The notes beneath the pieces were generated by a model. That model searched no databases. It saw nothing but the letters and a program-made list of their open reading frames with translations, and had not been told where the DNA came from. Shown here in pieces: positions 56,419 to 64,000 of a DNA stretch of 64,000 nt. The DNA is taken from positions 562-64,561 of the forward strand of contig CAYRXT010000012.1 of assembly GCA_964428315.1 (NCBI GenBank), given 5' to 3'. Position 1 is the first letter of the stretch, and each line of letters starts with the position of its first letter. Both the position numbers and the translations under genes were made by a program. Source of the stretch: an uncultured Planctomycetales bacterium. Lineage in GTDB: Bacteria; Omnitrophota; Gorgyraeia; Zapsychrales; CAYRXT01.

Positions 56419-56806
56419 CCGGTACGCTCCGAAAAAGCCCCCGCGGCCCGTCATGATCTTCGACGGGGATTGTCCTTTCTGTCAAAGATGGATCGATATC
56501 TGGCGGTCTGTCACCGGCGATAAAATTGTTTATGTTCCTTATCAGGAAAAAGCCAGTGAATTCCCCCAGGTGTCGATAGAGGACTGCCGGAAGGCCGTTC
56601 AGCTGCTGATGCCCGACGGTGAAATGTTTGAGGCGGCGGAGGCCGTCTTCCGGTCACTGGCTGTTTCGGGCCGGCAGAGCGGTTGGCTGTGGTGTTACCG
56701 GCACTGCCCGGGCTTTCGTCAGGGTTCCGAAGCCCTCTACAGGTTTGTGGCCGGCCACCGGCCGTTTTTCTCTCGTTTGACAAACAGGTTTTTCGGCGCA
56801 CAATGA
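56408..56806 (+). CDS. DCC-family thiol-disulfide oxidoreductase (DUF393)
   Basis: IFDGDCPFC and LYRFVAGHR. Confidence 0.88.
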   Translation: MESSRYAPKKPPRPVMIFDGDCPFCQRWIDIWRSVTGDKIVYVPYQEKASEFPQVSIEDCRKAVQLLMPDGEMFEAAEAVFRSLAVSGRQSGWLWCYRHCPGFRQGSEALYRFVAGHRPFFSRLTNRFFGAQ

Positions 56807-56807
56807 A

Positions 56808-58088
56808 ATGAATCTGCACTGGGATAAAAAGGGCATCCGGGAATCGTTTCTAATTGTCTGCTGGGCGTTCTATGATCTGGCCAACCAGTTCTTCGCGCTC
56901 AATGTGATTTCGGTATATTTTCCCCGCTGGCTGACTTCGCAAAAACAGGCCCCGGCCGTGTTGTACAGCCTGGCGTTTGGGGCCTCCATGGTCATCGTCG
57001 CCGTGCTGGCCCCCGTTTTGGGCACGATCTCCGATCTTCAGAAGAAAAAGAAGAGCTATCTGACGGTCCTGACTCTTCTTTCGGTGGTGTTCACGATCCT
57101 ATTGAGCCGGACCGAGGACCTGCCTGTGGCCTTGTTCTGTTTTGTGGTCGCGAATATAGGATGCCAGTTGGCGATCGTATTTTATAACGCCCTCCTGGTC
57201 CGGGTCGCCGAAGCCAGGCGACTGGGTTTTGTCTCCGGTGTGGGACGGATGTTCGCCTATATGGGCGCGATCCTGGCGATGCTGCTGAGCAAACCGCTTA
57301 TCGCGCGCTATGGTTATTCGTCGACATTCCTTATGACAGGCGTTGCCTTTTTTATTTTTGCGCTTCCGGCGCTGATATTTATCAGGGAACCCAGACCCTC
57401 CCGCGCGGAGCCTTTCATCTCATTTTTGAACGCGGAAAACCTTATCCCGATCTGGGAAAAACTGAAGAGTGTCTTTCGGAAGAGCACGGAGTTCGCGGAA
57501 ATCCGCCGTTTCCTCATCGCCTTTTTTTACGGCCTGTGCGCCCTGCAGACCGTCATGCTTTTCATGTCCGTTTACGCCGGGGAGGCCTTCGGGTTAACCG
57601 AGACGGCCATTGTGGATCTTGTTATTTTCTCAACGCTGTTCGCGGTCGCCGGGAGCATCCTTTCAGGTGTTATCAGCGACCGCGTCGGCACCAAAAGGGC
57701 CATGGTTGGCGTGTTCGTTTTGTGGTTTGTGAGTTTTTTGGCGGGGGCCTTTCTTAAAGCGCCTTTCCACTGGCTGATCGGGGCTCTGGTGGGATTTGCG
57801 TTAAGTTCGACGTGGGTCGTGGCCCGGGCATGGGTCGTCCGCCTTGTGCCGGAAGACAATATCGGCGAGATTTTCGGATTTTTTAACCTCGTTGCCTATG
57901 TGGCGGGTGTTGTCGGTCCGTTATACTGGGGCGGGATGTTGCTTGTATTGTCTCCTTTCGGCCCCTGGCGTTACCGTCTGGCCTTACTGAGCCTGGTCGT
58001 ATTCATCATCCTGGCATTTTATCATTTAATCAAAATACCGAAGGAAAGGCAAAAGGAGGGATCACATGGATTGGATGAGCAGTCTTGA
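56808..58088 (+). CDS. MFS transporter (UMF1/ATG22-like)
   Basis: WAFYDLANQFF, APVLGTISD and VFYNALL. Confidence 0.88.
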   Translation: MNLHWDKKGIRESFLIVCWAFYDLANQFFALNVISVYFPRWLTSQKQAPAVLYSLAFGASMVIVAVLAPVLGTISDLQKKKKSYLTVLTLLSVVFTILLSRTEDLPVALFCFVVANIGCQLAIVFYNALLVRVAEARRLGFVSGVGRMFAYMGAILAMLLSKPLIARYGYSSTFLMTGVAFFIFALPALIFIREPRPSRAEPFISFLNAENLIPIWEKLKSVFRKSTEFAEIRRFLIAFFYGLCALQTVMLFMSVYAGEAFGLTETAIVDLVIFSTLFAVAGSILSGVISDRVGTKRAMVGVFVLWFVSFLAGAFLKAPFHWLIGALVGFALSSTWVVARAWVVRLVPEDNIGEIFGFFNLVAYVAGVVGPLYWGGMLLVLSPFGPWRYRLALLSLVVFIILAFYHLIKIPKERQKEGSHGLDEQS

Positions 58089-58485
58089 TGCCGCCTTCCG
58101 TATCGCGGCGGCTTTTGTTTTGGGATCGATCATCGGTTACGAGCGGGAGGTCAAAGGACGGGCCGCCGGCCTGCGCACGCATGTTTTGGTATGTATCGGC
58201 TCGGCGGCATCAATGCTGATTTCTCTGCATCTGCAGCAGACCTATGCCTCGGGTCCCGCGCTGGACCCTTCCCGGATCGCCGCCGGTGTTCTGACCGGGA
58301 TCGGTTTTCTGGGTGCCGGGACAATCATCAAGACCCAGGAGAGGGCCATGGGGCTGACCACGGCGGCCACCATATGGGTGTCCGCCATCATCGGACTGGC
58401 GGTGGGCAGCGGCTATTACCTCGGCGGAGTATTGGCCTCGGTGCTGGCGCTGGCGGCCTTGCGCGGACTGAAGGTCTTTGAATAG
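58066..58485 (+). CDS. MgtC/SapB family protein (short form)
   Basis: IGYERE..AGLRTH, DPSRIAAGVLTGIGFLGAG and GLTTAA. Confidence 0.9.
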   Translation: MDWMSSLDAAFRIAAAFVLGSIIGYEREVKGRAAGLRTHVLVCIGSAASMLISLHLQQTYASGPALDPSRIAAGVLTGIGFLGAGTIIKTQERAMGLTTAATIWVSAIIGLAVGSGYYLGGVLASVLALAALRGLKVFE

Positions 58486-58612
58486 AATATTCCCAGAAAC
58501 CAGGGCCATTGAGGCGGGCATGATTCAGCAGTCAAATGATGAACACAAGGACCGGGGAGCCGCTTACGTCATGGCGGCATCCGGCTAGAACCGTGATGAT
58601 GAGGAGGGCTTA

Positions 58613-60235
58613 GTGAAAATCTCAAAAAAGATTTCTCTTCTTATACTATTCCTTTTGGCGGCGCTGGCGTCCAATACGCTGATCGGCCTTCATCAGCTGA
58701 ACCGGATCGCCCAGGAATTGAGGGATGTGGCACGGAAGGATATCGCCTTGAGAGAGTATGCCTCCGCCATCATGCAGCATCAGCTTGAGAGGGCCATCCT
58801 CTTTGAAAGGATGATCAGCATCGCGGAAGAGCTTGGTTTCGAAGATCCGGCTGAAACCCGGCGGGTTTACCTTTTGGATCAGCTTCAGTTGACCAAGGAG
58901 GGGTTTGGGAAAATCGCCGAACTCGGGGCCGTCAATATCCTCAAAGCGAGAGAGGTTATCGAACAAGGATTGTCGGCGGCCCGGAAAGATCCAAGGCGCG
59001 AAGAACTGGAAAAGCTCGGTGATTTCCTGGATGAGATCGAGCGGGCCCATATCGCGTATGACGCCACGGTTAGCAGGATTTTTAAGTTGATCAGTGCGGG
59101 CGACTATCAACTGAGCCTGGCGGACCTCAATGCCATTGAACGCAAACAACAGCTCTTGTCGGCTGAATTGAAGGGCCTCGTCGGAGAAGTACGCCGGCGC
59201 ACCGCGCGTTCACTCCGCCATGCCGAACAGGTGGAATCTCTCGCCAGAAACATCCTTCTTCTGGGACTGGCCATCAGCCTGGTCGTCGGGGCGGTCATAG
59301 CCGGTCTTATTGTCCGCGGCATAGTCCTTCCCCTGAGGGATCTCGAGAGGGCTGCAGGACAAATCGCCGAGGGGGATTTCGCGGTCCATCTGCCGGTGGT
59401 GTCCCGGGATGAGACCGGAGAGGTCAGCCGCGCCTTTAACACAATGTCGGACAAACTCGTGGAATTCCGCTCTCAGATCGAGCAGAAAAACCGGATGCTG
59501 GCCGCCAACCTGGAACTGACCGATTCCCAGAAAAAAGACCTGGAGCGGATTAACACGGAGCTGGACAGCTTTGTTTACACGGTCAGCCATGATATCGCCG
59601 CGCCGTTAACGGGCATCGCCGGCTACGGATCATATCTGGAAAAGAATTACCGGGATGTCCTGGATGAGAAAGGCATGCGTTCGGTCAAGGGCATCAGGCG
59701 CAGTGCCGAGCGGCTCAACGCCCTTATCAAGGATCTCCTGACATTGAGCCGCATATCCCGTATCAAGAACCCGTATGAGAACGCGAATATCCAGAGAGTG
59801 GCGGAGTCCGTGCTGGAGCGGCTGGAATTCAACATCCGTGAGGCTGACGTCGATGTGCATGTTCCGGAAAATCTTCCGGTGGTGCGCTGTGACCGTATCA
59901 AGATCACGGAGGTCTTTTTTAACCTGATCAACAACGCCGTCAAATTTTCCTCAAGAGACAACAAGACACGCCCGCGCGTGGAGATTGGCTATGCCGACCG
60001 CCACCATTATCATGAATTTTATGTCCGGGACAACGGAATCGGCATCGATCCCAAGGATCATAAGGAGGTCTTCGGAATGTTCAGGCGGCTGAACCCTTCC
60101 AGAGAGTATGAAGGGACGGGGGCGGGGCTGAGCATTGTCAAGAAGATCGTTGAAGACCACGGCGGCAAGATCTGGATAGATTCGCGGGTAGGTGAAGGGT
60201 CCGCTTTCTTTTTTACCATCCCCAAACACCTCTGA
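58613..60235 (+). CDS. Membrane sensor histidine kinase
   Basis: TM, helical periplasmic domain, TM, HAMP, then FVYTVSHD, NLINNAVKF, DNGIG and GTGAGL. Confidence 0.93.
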   Translation: MKISKKISLLILFLLAALASNTLIGLHQLNRIAQELRDVARKDIALREYASAIMQHQLERAILFERMISIAEELGFEDPAETRRVYLLDQLQLTKEGFGKIAELGAVNILKAREVIEQGLSAARKDPRREELEKLGDFLDEIERAHIAYDATVSRIFKLISAGDYQLSLADLNAIERKQQLLSAELKGLVGEVRRRTARSLRHAEQVESLARNILLLGLAISLVVGAVIAGLIVRGIVLPLRDLERAAGQIAEGDFAVHLPVVSRDETGEVSRAFNTMSDKLVEFRSQIEQKNRMLAANLELTDSQKKDLERINTELDSFVYTVSHDIAAPLTGIAGYGSYLEKNYRDVLDEKGMRSVKGIRRSAERLNALIKDLLTLSRISRIKNPYENANIQRVAESVLERLEFNIREADVDVHVPENLPVVRCDRIKITEVFFNLINNAVKFSSRDNKTRPRVEIGYADRHHYHEFYVRDNGIGIDPKDHKEVFGMFRRLNPSREYEGTGAGLSIVKKIVEDHGGKIWIDSRVGEGSAFFFTIPKHL

Positions 60236-60422
60236 TTTCTATCCGTTTTTGTCTTCGGTTCATCACTCCGGCATTTTATAACTGAAGAACGCACTGTTTG
60301 TCGGACAAACAAACCGGCAAACCAGAAAAAAGTCAATAATTGGCAGAACCGGCCAATTGGTATTTTTGCGAAAGGTCTATATAAATAGGCAAGAAAGGAA
60401 AAGGGGGGTGCCGGTCGAGCAG

Positions 60423-61019
60423 ATGACCCAGCACAAGGCCGTTATTGTCCGCAAAAAACAGCAGGCCCGGGAAGCCCGGCCGGCGGGATGGGACTACAAT
60501 CCTTACCGGTGGAATTGCCGTGGACCAATCATTGTTATGGCCGTACTGGATGTCCTGGTCGCCGGATATCTGGCCCTTTACCAGTACCGCGTCATTCCGA
60601 CGGTATGGGAGCCGTTTTTCGGAGGAGGAAGCCGGACGGTGCTCAATTCCTGGCTGTCGCACGTCCTGCAGGTTTCCGATGCCGCGCTGGGGGCGTTGGC
60701 GTACACGGCCGATGCCGTCACGGGGTTGATCGGCGGGGAAGGCCGCTGGCGGACAAAACCGTGGGCGGTGATCGCCTTCGCGATTCTTGTCGGACCGGTG
60801 GGCGCGGTCAGTATCCTCTTGGTAATCGCCCAGCCGGCGGTGTTTAACGCCTGGTGCACGTCGTGCATCGTCTCGGCGATTTTGTCGATAGCGATGATCG
60901 GACCGGCCATGGAGGAGGCCCTGGCCTGTTTGCAGTTTTTAAGGAAGATAAAACGCGACCAAAAAGCCAACTTCTGGAATGTGTTTTGGGGGAGGGCTTA
61001 TGTGGGCGCAGATCGTTAA
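60423..61019 (+). CDS. Vitamin K epoxide reductase (VKOR) family protein
   Basis: GWDYNP, WEPFFG, SDAALGA, RWRTKPW and QP...WCTSC. Start uncertain (60408 or 60423). Confidence 0.85.
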   Translation: MTQHKAVIVRKKQQAREARPAGWDYNPYRWNCRGPIIVMAVLDVLVAGYLALYQYRVIPTVWEPFFGGGSRTVLNSWLSHVLQVSDAALGALAYTADAVTGLIGGEGRWRTKPWAVIAFAILVGPVGAVSILLVIAQPAVFNAWCTSCIVSAILSIAMIGPAMEEALACLQFLRKIKRDQKANFWNVFWGRAYVGADR

Positions 61020-61335
61020 TATCTTTTTTGGCATCGCGGTCACGGCCGCGCCGGCCGTGACCCGTTACGGTCCGGCAGGGGCGACGAACAACTTCATCGC
61101 GGGCCCCCTGATTGCCTCCGCGGCCTGCATCGCGGTCTGGGAGGCCAACAGGGGTTTTCGGAAGGTCAACATTGCGCTTGGAGCCTGGCTGCTCGTCTCG
61201 GCTTTGCTGTTTGAGATGTCAGCCGCGGCAACGATCCTCAACGTTGATTCCGGACTAGTCATCGCGCTTTTGTCGTTCGTGGAAGGGAAGAAACGCCATT
61301 CGTATGCGGGCGGGTGGACAGCCGTTTGGAAATAG
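61000..61335 (+). CDS. SPW-repeat membrane protein
   Basis: GGAGG RBS; four short TM segments, NIALGAWLL and YAGGW. Confidence 0.75.
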   Translation: MWAQIVNIFFGIAVTAAPAVTRYGPAGATNNFIAGPLIASAACIAVWEANRGFRKVNIALGAWLLVSALLFEMSAAATILNVDSGLVIALLSFVEGKKRHSYAGGWTAVWK

Positions 61336-61352
61336 AAGAAGGAGGTGAAAAC

Positions 61353-62445
61353 ATGCCGCGCAAACAGGGAAACCGTCCAGTTATTGTCATCACGGGTTGC
61401 TGTGGATTTATCGGTCAGGCGGTCATGAAGGCCCTGCCGGATTCTTATGATATCTTCGGCGTTGACCTCGCCGAACCTAAAACCCCTTTTCCTGATAACG
61501 CCGAATACCATCAGATCGATCTGACCGATGATGACAGCGTGGAGGAGGTGCTGGATGTCCTTCACAAAAGAAAGGCCGCGGTGGCCTCGGTCATTCACCT
61601 GGCGGCCTATTACGATTTTTCGGGCGAGTCGAGCCCGATGTATGAGAAGCTCTCGGTCGCTGGCTCCGGGAGGATGGTCAGAAAGATGAGGGAATTCCCG
61701 GAGGAGCAGTTCCTTTTTACCAGCACGATGCTGGTCCATGAACCCTGCGCAAAGAACGAACACATAACCGAAGATTGGCTCCGCGAAGGCAAATGGCCTT
61801 ATCCGCAGTCCAAAATAAAAACCGAGGACCTTCTGATTCGGGAGCACGGGGCGACACCGCTTGTCATTATGCGGATTGCCGGCGTCTACGATAATTATTG
61901 CGATACCCCTCTCGCATCAGATCCAGCGTATTTACGAAAAGAGGCTGACCAGCCATGTCTACCCGGCGGACGCTTCATGCGGACAGTATTTCATGCATCT
62001 GGAGGATCTGGTGGACGTGATTGTCCGCGCTGTCGAACGACGGAAAAAGCTGGACAAAGAAACAGCCCTTCTCATCGGAGAGCCCGACACTTACAGCTAT
62101 GAGCGTATTCAGAACGAACTGGGACGATTAATCCACGATGTCCGCAGTTGGGAAACCTTCACAGTGCCCAAGACCATGGCCAGGGCCGGGACGTGGGTAG
62201 AGCAGAAGATCCCGGGCATTGAGGACCCTTTCATCAAGCCCTGGATGGTGGAAGTGGCGGACGACCATTATGTCCTGGATATCGCGAAGGCCAGGAGCCT
62301 TCTGGACTGGGAGCCAAGGCACAGGTTGATCGAGACCCTTCCCAGCATGATCAAGGCGCTGAAATCGGATCCGGAAGGATGGTACCGTCGTCATAAAATC
62401 CACATGCCCGGCAAAGTCAAAGAGGAGGTGCGCGCGGGCGAATAA
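61353..62445 (+). pseudogene. NAD-dependent epimerase/dehydratase with a frameshift near 61902
   Basis: First frame carries ITGCCGFIG, HLAAYYDF, YPQSK and RIAGVYDNYC; the family sequence continues in another frame as IPLSHQIQRIYE...DPFIKPWMV. Confidence 0.8.
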
Positions 62446-62502
62446 ATTTTGTTAAGGATAAAACCGGACAGGAAAACACAAAACGGAGGCTAAAATCGGA
62501 CC

Positions 62503-62970
62503 ATGAAATATTCTATTGAAGAAAAGATGACCAGCTTTGCCCAGGCTTACGGTCTTCATGCGCTGCGCTGGAGTCTTGGCGTCATTTACGTGTGGTTTGG
62601 ATGGCTCAAAATCATCGGGCAGAGTCCCGTCGAGGAGCTCTTAAGCCGTCTGCTTTTTTGGTTCCCGCCGCAGGCGAGCCTGATCTCGCTCGGCGTCGCC
62701 GAGGTGATCATCGGATTGGGCCTGTTGTGCCGTTACTTTTTGCGCGTCACATTGCTTGTCTTTTTTCTCCATATGATCGGGACATTTTTCGTCTTTCCCT
62801 TTGTGCCGGAACTTGCCTTTCAGAACGGCAATCCTTTACTGCTCACGGCCGAAGGCGAATTTGTCCTTAAGAACCTGGTCTTCCTTTCGGCGGGGCTTGT
62901 GCTGTGGGGCGGCCTGCCTGTCCTGAAGCGAAGACAAGGCCGGAATCAAAAGCAGGGCGGCGGTGAATAA
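62503..62970 (+). CDS. DoxX/YkgB-like membrane protein
   Basis: LRWSLGVIYVWFGWLK, HMIGTF and GEFVLKNLV. Confidence 0.85.
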   Translation: MKYSIEEKMTSFAQAYGLHALRWSLGVIYVWFGWLKIIGQSPVEELLSRLLFWFPPQASLISLGVAEVIIGLGLLCRYFLRVTLLVFFLHMIGTFFVFPFVPELAFQNGNPLLLTAEGEFVLKNLVFLSAGLVLWGGLPVLKRRQGRNQKQGGGE

Positions 62971-63019
62971 GGCGGTTGGTTGCCGGAGGAGAATCTTGCA
63001 TAGATCGGGGGCATGAATA

Positions 63020-63418
63020 ATGAAAGACAACGTTCTTAAAAAGGCCGTCGAACTTTCGCAGAAGGGGTGTCTGTGCGTGGCCTCGCCTGAAGAAAAGGAA
63101 GCCCCGATGGTGGCCATCATCGGACGGCTGGATTTTCTTTCAAAACAGAGTGTGGCGATTTCCGGATCGTTTAACGATGAAGTCAGAGACATATTGAAAA
63201 AAACACGAAAGGTCCTCATCGAGATATGGGACGGCAATGAAATATTCGCCATTCAGATGGGCGGCGCCATAAAGGACATCAAGGATAAAGGGGTTCGCCG
63301 CCCTCGGGCGTCCGGAAGGACGGCCGTTTTTCCGAAGGAAGGGAAAAGGCGCATAATCGTGGAGATCCGCAGGATTTCCGAATTCCGTCACGTGAGTTGC
63401 CGGGAATTTGATCGTTAA
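63020..63418 (+). CDS. Pyridoxamine 5'-phosphate oxidase-like split-barrel protein (degenerate)
   Basis: CVASP..AP, IEIWD..AIQMGG and IIVEIRRISEF pattern. Confidence 0.55.
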   Translation: MKDNVLKKAVELSQKGCLCVASPEEKEAPMVAIIGRLDFLSKQSVAISGSFNDEVRDILKKTRKVLIEIWDGNEIFAIQMGGAIKDIKDKGVRRPRASGRTAVFPKEGKRRIIVEIRRISEFRHVSCREFDR

Positions 63419-63496
63419 GGGAGACCGGAGGGATTGAAGGCGGACGTGTTGGGGGCCGACGGGAAACGTTTTGGAGATCCTATCCGGCAGAAGAAG

Positions 63497-63610
63497 GCGC
63501 GTATGGGAAACCCGGCCCGCCTGGAAAGTCTCGCGCGGCCGTCTGTTCTTTATCCCCGGGATGTCGGCGGGCGGTTGCGGAACTCGCCGGGCGGGGTTCC
63601 CCATGCGCGC
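63497..63610. repeat. GC-rich imperfect inverted repeat
   Basis: Arms at 63497-63521 and 63586-63610 match at 21/25 positions, with a 64-nt spacer. Confidence 0.6.
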
Positions 63611-63824
63611 GGGCTAATGTGAAAGTTGGAGAAATTTTACGGGTGTCCCGATTGCCTGCGGAGGCCGCACATGTTAGAATAGAACTGGATTCCCGCGGGC
63701 ATGCCCGCGGACTTCATCTTCCGAGCAAGGCAATCTTTCGACTCGCTTCTCACTGGCGTTCGGCGCTCGCTCAGGGTGGTTTGATGCGAGACGAACGATA
63801 AACGGAACCTGACAGACATGGACT

Positions 63825-64000
63825 ATGAGAATGACAAGCCTGATCATAACGCTTTGCCTATTGGGATTGCTTCAGATCCGCGGAGAGGCGGCTGAGATGA
63901 ACACGGGAAGGGAGACGCAAAAGGCCACTTTTGCCGGCGGGTGTTTCTGGTGCATGGAGCCTCCCTTCGAGAAACTGGAAGGCGTGAAGGAGGTCGTTTC
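63825..64000 (+). CDS. msrA: Peptide methionine sulfoxide reductase A with signal peptide (partial)
   Basis: Manual translation: [24 protein letters not shown]...[26 protein letters not shown]; runs off the window end. Confidence 0.92.
   Translation, partial: MRMTSLIITLCLLGLLQIRGEAAEMNTGRETQKATFAGGCFWCMEPPFEKLEGVKEVV

Noticed and set aside
56408-64000. Selenocysteine recoding in the redox genes
   Set aside because: The active sites of DCC, VKOR and MsrA use ordinary Cys codons, with no in-frame TGA.
1-64000. tRNA, rRNA, riboswitch, prophage or integrase
   Set aside because: None recognisable by eye in intergenic regions or ORFs; an Infernal/tRNAscan run would be needed to exclude small RNAs.

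Overview
A gene-dense bacterial chromosomal window. The gene content (TIGR04073-like protein, many GT-C and GT-C/TPR membrane glycosyltransferases, outer-membrane barrel) suggests a diderm such as Ca. Omnitrophota, but that is inference. Main blocks, in order: (1) a glycoside MFS transporter followed by a partial GT-A-like gene; (2) an ECF sigma/zinc anti-sigma/two Spy-CpxP/RND/TolC operon with an ECF-type promoter and no periplasmic adaptor gene; (3) a Cys-less LOV-like PAS-LuxR regulator upstream of a 14-gene lipid-modification operon with ufaD/ufaO/ufaM-like (furan fatty acid/cfa) genes, followed by a ferritin-like gene; (4) a GT-C-rich surface-glycosylation region with glgA/glgM and a 223-bp MITE with an 8-bp target duplication; (5) NHL and ATP-grasp genes, a truncated GT-C-TPR gene, a eukaryote-like PP2C, an isocitrate/isopropylmalate-family dehydrogenase and a Na/Pi cotransporter; (6) a YfhO GT-C gene divergent from a radical SAM/oxidoreductase/flippase/GT2/epimerase/deacetylase operon; (7) a sugar ABC operon and an orphan histidine kinase; (8) a VKOR/SPW/frameshifted epimerase/DoxX/msrA redox cluster. 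I saw no rRNA, tRNA or CRISPR array. Family calls come from motif recognition by eye, not database searches.
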